DNA of 54,101 bases. Source: Bacteroidales bacterium (GTDB lineage Bacteria > Bacteroidota > Bacteroidia > Bacteroidales > VadinHA17). The translations under genes and the position numbers were made by a program. The stretch spans positions 1 through 54,101 of the forward strand of contig JAWLFR010000004.1 in the NCBI GenBank assembly GCA_041685495.1. Reading direction: 5' to 3'. How positions within the stretch are numbered: the first letter of the stretch is position 1; the number at the start of each line of letters is the position of its first letter. This document shows, one piece after another, positions 29,581 to 40,866 of this stretch. The notes under the pieces were generated by a model. The model made no database searches, was not told the origin of the DNA, and saw only the letters and a list, made by a program, of their open reading frames with translations.

Positions 29581-30462
29581 TTAAAGCTTCAGATCTTCAA
29601 TTATTGAACTGATCTTAGCGGAGGTCTGCCTTGAGGCAGTGGTGAGAGGCGGGCGCAGGTAATTCTGGCACAGTCCCAGGTTACTGGCTGCAGCTTTGAT
29701 GCCGGCCGGATTACCATCGGCAAAGAGCAGGTTTATAAGCTCCATATACTTATAATGAATCTCACGTGCTTTTATAATATCATGCTTCAGGGCAAGCTTT
29801 ATCATCTCTTTCCATTCAGCGGTGAAGGCATTGCCAAGAACGGATATCACTCCTGAACCTCCAAGCGATATAAAGGGCAGGGCATTCAGGTCATCACCTG
29901 ATATGGCAAGGAATTTTTCGGGTTTATCATTTATTATTCTCATTACCTGCGACAGGTCGCCTGATGCTTCCTTAATACCTGCTATGTTTTTATGGTTCCA
30001 TGCCAGTTCAAGACAGGTATCAGCATCAATATTGCAGCTTGTGCGTCCCGGTACATTATAAAGTATAACCGGTACGGGTGATGCTGCTGCTATCTCCCTG
30101 AAGTGTAGCAGCAATCCTTTCTGTCCGGGTTTATTATAATACGGAGCCACCGAAAGGATACCATCGATGCCTTCAAAATCAGTATGCATGATATCATCCG
30201 TTACCTGTTGTGTATTATTGCCGCCCATGCCCAGTACAATGGGCAGCCTGCCGTCACTGACCTCTTTAATGTATGATGTTACAGCCTCTCTTTCACTCTG
30301 GTTAAGTGTTACAGCCTCGCTGGTTGTACCCATAATAACAAGGTAATCACATCCGCCATCAATAATATGGTTTGTCAGCTTTTCCAGGGATTTAAAATCA
30401 ACGCTTCTGTCTGATTTAAATGGGGTGATCATTGCAACACCCAGTCCTTCGAATTTTTTCAT
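29581..30462 (-). CDS. dapA: 4-hydroxy-tetrahydrodipicolinate synthase
   Basis: ITPF, GTTSE, PYYNKP, YNVPGRT, IKEASG. Confidence 0.96.
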   Translation of the reverse strand: MKKFEGLGVAMITPFKSDRSVDFKSLEKLTNHIIDGGCDYLVIMGTTSEAVTLNQSEREAVTSYIKEVSDGRLPIVLGMGGNNTQQVTDDIMHTDFEGIDGILSVAPYYNKPGQKGLLLHFREIAAASPVPVILYNVPGRTSCNIDADTCLELAWNHKNIAGIKEASGDLSQVMRIINDKPEKFLAISGDDLNALPFISLGGSGVISVLGNAFTAEWKEMIKLALKHDIIKAREIHYKYMELINLLFADGNPAGIKAAASNLGLCQNYLRPPLTTASRQTSAKISSIIEDLKL

Positions 30463-30473
30463 ACCTTTATTAT

Positions 30474-31031
30474 TTAATTTCCCCTTCCGGTGTTTATCAT
30501 TTCGAGGTAGTATTTTACCTGTTCAAGATAATACGAAGTCTCATATTCACCTTCAATCTTTATTGTCATATCCAGCATATCACTGTATGCAGAGCAGGCC
30601 GGACCTACCTTGAATTCAGCCTTTGAAAGTACTGTCATATATTCAGCAGGGAAGTAATTATTATTATTGACATCAATAAGTATTTCATATGGTATATTGA
30701 TGAACTCATCAATCTCGGGTGATTGCGGTATGTACCACAGGTTGAGGTCGCTTACCTTAACACATTTTAGATACCTTATTGCGGTATACTGGTCGGGAAG
30801 GACCTTCTCCGGGTAATAGCATATGATATCAGTCTGTATATTATTTTTAAGCATATCACTATAAAAAGAAGCTATACTTTTAAAATCGGATGTATTGCTT
30901 CCGTCCCATACCAGGCCTATCTTATGTGAATTGCCCAGGTTATTGAATTGCTTGTTGCGCCTGACCTTCTTTTGTTGCATTTTCAGCAGCCACCTGCCGG
31001 TACGTAAACGCATTCCTTTAAAAAGTTCCAT
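30474..31031 (-). CDS. Conserved hypothetical protein (DUF6913-like)
   Basis: 185 aa between ligA and dapA; SKAEFKVG motif recalled from this family. Confidence 0.6.
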   Translation of the reverse strand: MELFKGMRLRTGRWLLKMQQKKVRRNKQFNNLGNSHKIGLVWDGSNTSDFKSIASFYSDMLKNNIQTDIICYYPEKVLPDQYTAIRYLKCVKVSDLNLWYIPQSPEIDEFINIPYEILIDVNNNNYFPAEYMTVLSKAEFKVGPACSAYSDMLDMTIKIEGEYETSYYLEQVKYYLEMINTGRGN

Positions 31032-31074
31032 CTTACAAACCTAATCGATTTTTAAGGAATAATAATTCCGAAAG

Positions 31075-33102
<2,028 letters not shown>

Positions 33103-33138
33103 TTATATTTATCCTTTACAAAGGTCATCGCCCGTTTT

Positions 33139-33273
33139 TTAAGCCCATACGCCATGCCTCATACCTTCTTCCCTTGCAATATTCGATGCTTCATCAAGAG
33201 TGCTGACAGGGGTGGGGGGCAGCTGCTCCAGCTTGTAAAGGGGCTGGAAACGGCTGAAGTGCAGCGGTGTCAC
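33139..33273 (-). pseudogene. Remnant of the AmmeMemoRadiSam radical SAM enzyme (AmrS-like) C-terminus
   Basis: TPLHFSRFQPLYKLEQLPPTPVSTL resembles the AmrS C-terminal motif; no CxxxCxxC; starts 5 nt after the AmrB-AmrA stop. Confidence 0.75.
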
Positions 33274-33278
33274 ACTGT

Positions 33279-34748
33279 TTATCCCTCCCCGAATACAAAA
33301 GCTTCGTATATGTATATCTCGGCATCCTTCCAGTCTGTCCATCCCAGTCCCGCCTTATCCCTTGCAATATGACCCAGAAAATCGGTGACGGACCAGTCGC
33401 GACCTCTGGCCACCTGGGGCAGGAAGGTGCCGGAATGGAAACCTTTCTTTAGGTACACGCCGTGCCTGCCCAGCTCTATCTCGTTTATATCGTCTGTCTT
33501 TTTCAGCGGGCTTAAAACCGATATCTCAATACTGATGTCGTCAATCTCTTCTTTTTTCAGCGGGCTGAAGCGACTGTCATTGAAGGCTGCTGCCTTTGCC
33601 ATTGATCGTACCGTCAGGTAGAGAGGGTCGGAGGGCATAAAGCGGCCCACGCAACCTCTTAGCTCTCCATTCCTGTATATGGATACAAAGGCCCCGAGCT
33701 TATCCAGCAAAGCAGGAGACAAATCTGATTCATTATATTCGGGTTCAGGTTTATTACTGAGTATATTATCCAGTGTTTCCCTTGCTATATTAAGAAGCTG
33801 AACCCTGTCTTTTTGATCTATGCTGAAAGCAGTGTTTTTGTTTTTATCTTTTTTTTTGCCGATAAGAGCAATGGCATGATAGCCTACAACGCCGGTATTA
33901 TCTCCATATTTACTGTGTCCCGAATTACGATACATAATATGTCTGAACTCCAGCCCTGCTTCCTTTTCTGCCAGATGAAGCAGTACCAGTCCGGATGTCC
34001 ACCCGCACATACTCGTTGCCAGTCCGCTGATATTGCTGCCTGAATTTTTTTCCAGGGTTTCGAGAAAGACAGCTGCATCGCCTGTCATAAGTGCGTCAGC
34101 AGTTATTTTATCAACTCTCTCAGCATCTTCAAATGAGGGATAATGACTGAAGTCGCTGCTTATAACAAAGAGATTGTCGCCGGTGAACCATTCCTGCAGG
34201 GCAGAGGCTATCTCACTGCATGTTTTGCTGTTATGGGTCCCTATAATTACAGGCACTATACTGGTGTTTTTGTCCAGGTAGCGCTGAAGGAAGGGCAGCT
34301 GTACCTCCAGGCTGTGTTCACCGGTGTGGGCAGCCCTGTTATAGCTGAAGACTTCTGAATTGCTGATCAGTTTATCAGCAATGTCCCTGTTTACCTTCAC
34401 TGTTCCCAGCGGTGTCTTATAATTACCTTCATTATATACTGATGCACCGGGAAAGGATGCGCGGTGACTGGATCCTATAATGAAAACATTATCATACCCG
34501 GTGCCCCGGGGAATGGCAGCTATAGCCGCCGCCGCTACGGTGCCTGAAAAGACATATCCTGCATGTGGTGTTATCACTGCTCTTACTCTTTCCCCTTCTT
34601 CAAGACCGAATGAGGCCTTTTCAGCTGCTTCTTTAAAGTGCTTTTCCACTGTGGCTGTCAGTTCTGCTTTAGCTGCCGGGTAAAATGACCCGGCCACTAC
34701 GGGTTCCCTGTCATGTGTTTTTTGCTTGCCTGAAATATTCATGGTCAT
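33279..34748 (-). CDS. AmrB (Memo)-AmrA (AMMECR1) fusion protein
   Basis: Memo motifs VAGSFYP, PHAGY, EHSLEVQLPF, SSDFSHY, MCG; AMMECR1 motifs GAFVS, LRGCVG, DSRF, EISVLS, TFLPQV. Confidence 0.93.
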   Translation of the reverse strand: MTMNISGKQKTHDREPVVAGSFYPAAKAELTATVEKHFKEAAEKASFGLEEGERVRAVITPHAGYVFSGTVAAAAIAAIPRGTGYDNVFIIGSSHRASFPGASVYNEGNYKTPLGTVKVNRDIADKLISNSEVFSYNRAAHTGEHSLEVQLPFLQRYLDKNTSIVPVIIGTHNSKTCSEIASALQEWFTGDNLFVISSDFSHYPSFEDAERVDKITADALMTGDAAVFLETLEKNSGSNISGLATSMCGWTSGLVLLHLAEKEAGLEFRHIMYRNSGHSKYGDNTGVVGYHAIALIGKKKDKNKNTAFSIDQKDRVQLLNIARETLDNILSNKPEPEYNESDLSPALLDKLGAFVSIYRNGELRGCVGRFMPSDPLYLTVRSMAKAAAFNDSRFSPLKKEEIDDISIEISVLSPLKKTDDINEIELGRHGVYLKKGFHSGTFLPQVARGRDWSVTDFLGHIARDKAGLGWTDWKDAEIYIYEAFVFGEG

Positions 34749-34895
34749 AAAATATAGTTATCAGAAATACAAATACATACGTGCTATCATGCATTTAAAT
34801 TTTTCACTCTCACTTATGAGAGCGTTTTACTGCATATGGTTTCATAAAACGAACTCATTAGGGCTAATAAAAATAAGAAAACAGAAGCAGAAAGA

Positions 34896-34914
34896 AAATA
34901 CCAGGAAGGTATTT
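34896..34914 (-). terminator. Possible terminator after the siaC-like gene
   Basis: AAATACC-N5-GGTATTT hairpin followed by a pyrimidine run on the minus strand. Confidence 0.4.
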
Positions 34915-34915
34915 A

Positions 34916-35371
34916 TCAGATAAGAATCAGTCTTTGTTTTAGCCTGGCACCCGTGTGGTCTGTACCGAAGATCTTAACCCCCAGGCTTACGGTTGCTTCA
35001 TTTACAACATCCAGTACAGGTGCTATAGCATCCTGCATATCCTGTTCCTCCATTTCATCAAACTCCTCCATATCGAAGTAAAGGTTGATAAGCAGGAGTT
35101 TTTCACGGTCGTTTATTTTCGACAGTATTTTTATCATGCGGGCTATCCATATAGAGGTTGCCGTATTAAAATACATAAGATCAAAATGCAGATTTGTCTC
35201 CTGTTTTGGGGACTTAATATATTCCTTCAGCCATGAGATAGTTGACTCATATGTTCTTGTGGCATTCTCAGGTATTGATTTACCTTTTAATACCAGCTGG
35301 CCGTTACGGGGATCAAAATGTATTTCCGGTGTTTTTTTTGTCGCTTTAATATATAGTTTTGAGATGCTCAT
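34916..35371 (-). CDS. SiaC-family (DUF1987) regulatory phosphoprotein
   Basis: I.ATKKTPEI.FD, LKGKSIPENA, YFNTAT motifs. Confidence 0.8.
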   Translation of the reverse strand: MSISKLYIKATKKTPEIHFDPRNGQLVLKGKSIPENATRTYESTISWLKEYIKSPKQETNLHFDLMYFNTATSIWIARMIKILSKINDREKLLLINLYFDMEEFDEMEEQDMQDAIAPVLDVVNEATVSLGVKIFGTDHTGARLKQRLILI

Positions 35372-35451
35372 CAGTTTGTATGTGATGTATTTTAGTGTAT
35401 ATGCAATCTATTTTGTTTTGTATGTACTATGTTTATTTATTGCCTTATGGT

Positions 35452-35459
35452 CAAAAATA
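35452..35459 (-). promoter_or_regulatory. -7 element (TATTTTTG) for the siaC-like gene
   Basis: CAAAAATA on + strand. Confidence 0.4.
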
Positions 35460-35602
35460 TCCTTTTTTTTCCAGATATTATTTGCTGTTCGTCAAAAAGA
35501 TCAGCCTGTAGGTCAAATATCAGTGACCTTTGGTATAAAGAACAGTTAAAAAACAGGTAAAATATCCATCCTTTCAGAAAAAAACCTTATCCTAAAATAT
35601 AT

Positions 35603-35610
35603 TATCTTTG
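35603..35610 (+). promoter_or_regulatory. -7 element (TATCTTTG) for argS
   Basis: Canonical TATCTTTGCA 23 nt upstream of ATG. Confidence 0.65.
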
Positions 35611-35633
35611 CAGGCTGACAGAGATCAAAGCTA

Positions 35634-37418
35634 ATGGAAAAAACACTGATAAGAAATATAGAGGATGCTGTAAAAGGCCTTTACGGACAGGTTCCTGACA
35701 TCTCAAAACTCCAGATACAGGAAACGAGAAAGGAGTTTGAGGGAGATATCACTGTGGTTGTTTTTCCATTGCTTCAGTATTCGAAAAAATCTCCTGAGCA
35801 GACCGCCACCGATATTGGCAATTATATACTGGATGTCAATCCGGGTATTGACAGTTTTAACGTGGTAAAAGGTTTCCTGAACCTGAGGCTTAATAAGCGG
35901 GCACTGATGCAGGTATTTAACGGCTTGATGCAATCCGGGAAAAAAGATTTTTTTTCAGACAATGCGGGGGGTGCGGTTACACTGGTTGAATATTCATCGC
36001 CCAATACCAATAAGCCTCTTCACCTCGGACATATAAGGAATAACCTGCTGGGCTATTCCCTTTCCAGGATACTGACAGCCTGCGGTCACAGGGTTTACAA
36101 AACAAATATTGTCAACGACAGGGGTATTCATATATGTAAATCCATGCTGGCATGGAAGCTGTTTGGTGAAGGGAAAACACCTGCTGACACAGGCATCAAG
36201 GGCGATCATTTTGTGGGTAAATATTATGTTGAGTTTGAGAATGCTTACAGGAAAGAAATTGAAAAGCTTGTATCCGGGGGATTGACCCCTGAGGAGGCAG
36301 CAGAGCGTTCGGAGCTGATGGCTGAAGCCAGGGAGCTGCTGAGAAAATGGGAGGCAGGTGACAGGGAAACGGTTGAGCTGTGGCAGATGATGAACAGCTG
36401 GGTGTATGAAGGCTTTGATGCTACCTACAGGGAACTTGGTGTTGATTTTGATAAGATATATTATGAGTCGGATACCTATAAAAAAGGAAGGGAAATAATC
36501 AGCTATGGGCTTAAAAAGGGGCTGTTTTACAAAAAGGATGATGGGTCTGTATGGGTTGAACTGTCCGGGGAGGACCTCGATGAGAAACTATTGCTGAGGG
36601 CTGATGGCACTGCTGTTTATATGACACAGGATCTGGGTACAGCGGTGGAAAGGTATAATGATTTCAGTTTCGAGCGGCAGTATTATGTGGTTGGCAATGA
36701 GCAGAATCATCATTTCAAAGTACTGAAGATAATACTTAAAAGGCTTGGTTATGAATGGGCCGGAGGTATACACCATTTTTCCTATGGCATGGTAAACCTG
36801 CCCGAGGGAAGAATGAAATCAAGGGAGGGTAAGATAGTTGATGCGGATGACCTGCTGGCAACCATGTTTACCACTGCATCTGAAATGTCGGATGAGCTGG
36901 GCAAGCTGCATGACTTCAGCAGGGAAGAAAAAGAAAGGATACATCGCAAGATAGGACTGGCTGCCCTTAAATATTTTATTCTCAAGGTGGATCCGCGTAA
37001 GAATATGCTTTTTAATCCACGGGAGTCAATAGATTTTAATGGCAATACAGGTCCTTTTATACAGTACACGTATGCCCGGATAAGATCAGTGCTCAGAAAG
37101 GCGGGAGAGTATGAAGGGAAAGATGGAGATATTCATGATGACCCGGAGCTTAATGAAAAGGAGAAAGAACTGATCAAATTGCTCGGCAGGTTTGATGATA
37201 TCATTGCCGACGCAGCTGAAATGTTAAATCCATCGATAATAGCCAATTATGTTTATGATCTGGCCAGGGAATTTAACCAGTTCTATCATGATTATTCAAT
37301 ACTGGGAGAGGAAGATGTTTCTGTCAGGCTTTTCAGGATCAGGCTGTCGGATATAAGCGGTGAAACTATTAAGCGTGCAATGTGGCTTTTGGGAATAGAT
37401 ATGCCGGAGAGAATGTAA
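35634..37418 (+). CDS. argS: Arginine--tRNA ligase
   Basis: VEYSSPNTNKPLHLGH, RMKSREG, GNTGPFIQYTYARI. Confidence 0.98.
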   Translation: MEKTLIRNIEDAVKGLYGQVPDISKLQIQETRKEFEGDITVVVFPLLQYSKKSPEQTATDIGNYILDVNPGIDSFNVVKGFLNLRLNKRALMQVFNGLMQSGKKDFFSDNAGGAVTLVEYSSPNTNKPLHLGHIRNNLLGYSLSRILTACGHRVYKTNIVNDRGIHICKSMLAWKLFGEGKTPADTGIKGDHFVGKYYVEFENAYRKEIEKLVSGGLTPEEAAERSELMAEARELLRKWEAGDRETVELWQMMNSWVYEGFDATYRELGVDFDKIYYESDTYKKGREIISYGLKKGLFYKKDDGSVWVELSGEDLDEKLLLRADGTAVYMTQDLGTAVERYNDFSFERQYYVVGNEQNHHFKVLKIILKRLGYEWAGGIHHFSYGMVNLPEGRMKSREGKIVDADDLLATMFTTASEMSDELGKLHDFSREEKERIHRKIGLAALKYFILKVDPRKNMLFNPRESIDFNGNTGPFIQYTYARIRSVLRKAGEYEGKDGDIHDDPELNEKEKELIKLLGRFDDIIADAAEMLNPSIIANYVYDLAREFNQFYHDYSILGEEDVSVRLFRIRLSDISGETIKRAMWLLGIDMPERM

Positions 37419-37425
37419 TAATTAA

Positions 37426-37433
37426 TATATTTG
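37426..37433 (+). promoter_or_regulatory. -7 element (TATATTTG) for ffh
   Basis: TAnnTTTG in the argS-ffh gap. Confidence 0.45.
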
Positions 37434-37458
37434 AAATAGAAAACAGAGGGAAAAAGTA

Positions 37459-38787
37459 ATGTTTGAAAATTTAACAGACAGGCTGGAGCGATCGTTTAAA
37501 CTGCTGAAGGGGCAGGGAACAATAACGGAGATAAATGTAGCTGAGACCCTGAAGGAGGTAAGGCGTGCACTGCTTGATGCCGACGTAAACTATAAGATAG
37601 CCAAATCATTTACAGACACTGTTAAGGAGAAAGCACTGGGAGCCAATGTGCTCAATGCTGTTAAGCCCTCACAGATGATGGTGAAGATTGTACATGATGA
37701 GCTGGCAAAGCTTATGGGGGGTGAAAAAGCTGATGTCAACCTGAAGGGTAATCCATGTATTATACTGATAGCCGGATTGCAGGGTTCAGGTAAGACCACT
37801 TTCTCCGGTAAGCTTGCCCGCATGCTGAAAAGCAAGAACGGCAAAAACCCCATGCTTGTGGCCGGCGACGTGTACCGTCCTGCCGCTATAGAACAGCTGA
37901 AAGTGCTGGGTGAACAGGCAGGTGTGCCCGTTTATACTGAAGAAGGTAATCAGGATCCTGTAAAAATTGTAAAAAGAGCAGTTAAGGAGGCAAAAAACTC
38001 GGGTATTGACCTTCTCATTATTGATACAGCCGGACGACTGGCAATAGATGAGATGATGATGAAGGAGATATCATCCGTCAAAGAAGCTGTTGATCCACAT
38101 GAGATACTTTTCGTGGTGGATGCCATGACAGGGCAGGATGCTGTTAATACGGCAAAGGAATTCAATGAAAGGCTTGATTTTGACGGTGTGGTACTTACCA
38201 AGCTGGACGGTGACACTAGGGGAGGAGCAGCACTGTCCATTAAAGGCGTTGTTGATAAGCCAATAAAATTTATCGGGGCCGGTGAGAAGCTGGACGCTAT
38301 TGATATATTCTATCCTGACAGGATGGCTGACAGGATTCTTGGTATGGGTGATATAGTATCACTTGTAGAGAAGGCACAGGAGCAGTATGATGAGCGCGAG
38401 GCTGCCCTGATGAAGAAGAAGATAGCTAAAAACCAGTTTGATTTTAATGACTTTATTTCACAGATACGCCAGATAAAGAAGATGGGTAATGTCAAAGACC
38501 TGATGGCGATGATCCCCGGTGCGGGTAAAGCAATGAAAAACCTTGATATTGATGATGACGCTTTTAAGGGAATAGAGGCTATAATACAGAGTATGACGCC
38601 TGATGAGAGGGTGAACCCACCGCTTATTGACGGCAGTCGCAGGAAAAGAATAGCCGCAGGCTCAGGCACAAGCGTGCAGGAGGTAAACCAGCTCCTGAAA
38701 CAGTTTAATGAAACACGTAAGATGATGAAGGCTGTCTCGGGTAAAGGAGGGGCGGCACAGCTGTCTAATATGCTCAGAACCAAATAA
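37459..38787 (+). CDS. ffh: Signal recognition particle protein Ffh
   Basis: [24 protein letters not shown], Met-rich M domain. Confidence 0.98.
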   Translation: MFENLTDRLERSFKLLKGQGTITEINVAETLKEVRRALLDADVNYKIAKSFTDTVKEKALGANVLNAVKPSQMMVKIVHDELAKLMGGEKADVNLKGNPCIILIAGLQGSGKTTFSGKLARMLKSKNGKNPMLVAGDVYRPAAIEQLKVLGEQAGVPVYTEEGNQDPVKIVKRAVKEAKNSGIDLLIIDTAGRLAIDEMMMKEISSVKEAVDPHEILFVVDAMTGQDAVNTAKEFNERLDFDGVVLTKLDGDTRGGAALSIKGVVDKPIKFIGAGEKLDAIDIFYPDRMADRILGMGDIVSLVEKAQEQYDEREAALMKKKIAKNQFDFNDFISQIRQIKKMGNVKDLMAMIPGAGKAMKNLDIDDDAFKGIEAIIQSMTPDERVNPPLIDGSRRKRIAAGSGTSVQEVNQLLKQFNETRKMMKAVSGKGGAAQLSNMLRTK

Positions 38788-38798
38788 TAAATTATAAT

Positions 38799-39671
38799 AT
38801 GTATAAATTAATTGACGGAAAAAAAGTATCCTCTGATATTAAACAGGAGATTGCAGAGGAAGTAAAAACATTTAAACAGGAAACAGGTAAAGTGCCGCAC
38901 CTGGCAGCCGTACTAGTAGGTAATGACGGAGCCAGCGAGACATATGTTGCCCATAAGGTCAAGGCATGCGAACAGGTTGGTTTCCGTTCAACGCTTGTAA
39001 GGATGGATAGCACGGTAACCGAGAAAGAGCTGCTCGATAAAGTTGATGAGCTGAATGCTGACAATGATATTGACGGTTTTATTGTACAGTTGCCGCTGCC
39101 CGACCATATTTCTGAAGATAAGGTTATTGAGGCGGTTGACCCCTCAAAGGATGTGGATGGCTTTCATCCTGTGAACCTGGGTAAAATGACCATTGGCCTG
39201 CCTTCGTTTGTTCCTGCCACTCCTGCGGGTATCATGGAGCTTATAAAGAGGTATGATATTGAAACATCAGGCAGGAATTGTGTGGTTATAGGCAGAAGTA
39301 ATATAGTAGGACGTCCGGTAAGCATACTGCTTTCAAAGAAAGGTGTTGATGCTACTGTGACACTGGTACACAGCAGAACGAAAGACCTGGAATCAGTAGT
39401 TCAAAGGGCTGAAATAATTATTGCCGCCATTGGCATACCTGAGTTTGTGAAAGCAGATATGGTATCGGAAGGAGCTGTGATCATTGATGTGGGCACCACC
39501 AGGGTTAAGTCCGATAAAACAAAATCAGGATGGAAGCTGAAAGGTGATGTTGACTTTGAAAATGTAGCCCCAAAATGCTCTTATATAACTCCTGTGCCGG
39601 GTGGTGTCGGACCAATGACCATTGTGTCACTGCTGCAGAATACATTGCTGGCCTGCCGGATGAAAAGCTGA
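38799..39671 (+). CDS. folD: Methylenetetrahydrofolate dehydrogenase/cyclohydrolase
   Basis: [39 protein letters not shown]. Confidence 0.97.
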   Translation: MYKLIDGKKVSSDIKQEIAEEVKTFKQETGKVPHLAAVLVGNDGASETYVAHKVKACEQVGFRSTLVRMDSTVTEKELLDKVDELNADNDIDGFIVQLPLPDHISEDKVIEAVDPSKDVDGFHPVNLGKMTIGLPSFVPATPAGIMELIKRYDIETSGRNCVVIGRSNIVGRPVSILLSKKGVDATVTLVHSRTKDLESVVQRAEIIIAAIGIPEFVKADMVSEGAVIIDVGTTRVKSDKTKSGWKLKGDVDFENVAPKCSYITPVPGGVGPMTIVSLLQNTLLACRMKS

Positions 39672-39673
39672 TC

Positions 39674-40681
39674 TTATTCAGAAAGGAGTTCAAGGTCTAT
39701 GCCCCTGAAATACAGGTCGTAGCCTCCCAGACCTGATGGTCTGTCCGAGGAGAAAAGAAGGAAGGAGTTGCTGAAGTTAGAGTAGCTTGCAGTAACCGGC
39801 CTGTATTCATTATGCTCGGTATTTATTTCCGGTCCCATATTAAGCGGACTGCTCCACTTGCCATCCCTGTAAACTGAATAGTACAGGTCATAGCCTCCCA
39901 GACCGCCAGGTCGGTTGGAGGCAAAGATCATTATATCCTGCCTTATGAAGGGGCATTTGTCATCATAATCACTGTTTATACTGTCAACAGTGCTTACGTT
40001 TACAGGATCACCTGACAGCCATGTTCCAAGAGAGGAAGGGTCGTCTATGCCGGCACTTACTATATCGAAGCTTCCATTCCTGTCGCTTGTAAAATAGACG
40101 GCTGATATGTCTTTATGAAAACATATATAGGCATCATTGGAACTGCTGTTTAAAGAGCTTATTGAAGCCACCTCATTTATTTCGGCTGACTTGCCTCCTC
40201 CCACAGGTGAGTAGCGAAGGTATTTAAGGTTTAAAACACCACCTTCATCCTCCCCGGAATAAAAGAAATATTCCATTCCTTCCGGGCCGTTAAAAAACCT
40301 GTAAGGTCCCAGCTCATCATAAGAGGTGTTAACCTTCTGTTCTATATTTTCATAAAAAGGATCACTTAGCATATTACTGTTAAGAGTGAATTCGGCGTCT
40401 ATCTGGCTGAAAACAAAATATATAATGCCGGATACTATATCAAACTGCTCACCCTGGCTGTTCCTGTTGCTGGAAAACATAAGAGGCAGTTCTCCTGCAA
40501 ACTGGGGCAGGGCAATATTAAAGTCATCATAAGATGAATTGATGCCTTCGAGGTTATAGGTCTCTTCAGGAAAGAAACCTGTATCGTAATTTATCTCGGT
40601 CTCCTGTTTTGAACAGTTGCTGCCTGAGGTTATTATAAAAATGGAAAGGCTTATCATATAAATATAAGTAGGACTTTTCAT
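39674..40681 (-). CDS. Exported PD40/TolB-like beta-propeller protein (possible lipoprotein)
   Basis: Repeated F.S(N/D)R.GG.GGYDLY and INS..DD motifs; N-terminal signal with Cys. Confidence 0.75.
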   Translation of the reverse strand: MKSPTYIYMISLSIFIITSGSNCSKQETEINYDTGFFPEETYNLEGINSSYDDFNIALPQFAGELPLMFSSNRNSQGEQFDIVSGIIYFVFSQIDAEFTLNSNMLSDPFYENIEQKVNTSYDELGPYRFFNGPEGMEYFFYSGEDEGGVLNLKYLRYSPVGGGKSAEINEVASISSLNSSSNDAYICFHKDISAVYFTSDRNGSFDIVSAGIDDPSSLGTWLSGDPVNVSTVDSINSDYDDKCPFIRQDIMIFASNRPGGLGGYDLYYSVYRDGKWSSPLNMGPEINTEHNEYRPVTASYSNFSNSFLLFSSDRPSGLGGYDLYFRGIDLELLSE

Positions 40682-40710
40682 ATGCCGGTGCTTTAATGAT
40701 TATGCTGATT

Positions 40711-40718
40711 CAAAAGTA
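40711..40718 (-). promoter_or_regulatory. -7 element (TACTTTTG) for the PD40 gene
   Basis: CAAAAGTA on + strand, 29 nt upstream of the start. Confidence 0.5.
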
Positions 40719-40730
40719 AAAAAAATAATC

Positions 40731-40758
40731 AAAAAGAAAACCGGGCGGGAACCCGGCT
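40731..40758 (-). terminator. Intrinsic terminator with no upstream protein gene on this strand
   Basis: Minus strand AGCCGGG-ttcccg-CCCGGTT followed by TTCTTTTT. Confidence 0.7.
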
Positions 40759-40770
40759 CTTTGAAGGTAG

Positions 40771-40808
40771 AATTTAGGTTAATTTAGGGTAATTAAGGGT
40801 ATGAGGGT
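40771..40808. repeat. Imperfect 10-nt tandem repeat AATTTAGGGT
   Basis: aatttaggtt / aatttagggt / aattaagggt / atgagggt. Confidence 0.75.
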
Positions 40809-40840
40809 AAAAATGTTTTCGCCTTTAATTACACAGCTAT

Positions 40841-40866
40841 GATGAACCGGAAGCCTGAAAGGTTGC
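40841..40866 (-). promoter_or_regulatory. ECF-sigma-like promoter GCAACC-N16-CATC
   Basis: AAC-N17-CAT spacing fits the general ECF AAC/CGT architecture with one mismatch in the -10 element. Confidence 0.45.

Larger units (their letters stand above)
40731..40835 (-). ncRNA. Candidate small noncoding RNA with repeated ACCCU motifs
   Basis: Bounded by an ECF-like promoter and an intrinsic terminator; no ORF; 10-nt periodic repeats. Inferred only. Confidence 0.45.

Noticed and set aside
33274-33342. N-terminal 23 codons of the 67-aa ORF 33139-33342
   Set aside because: Alternative frame of the AmrA C-terminus; AmrS-like similarity starts only after the AmrB-AmrA stop
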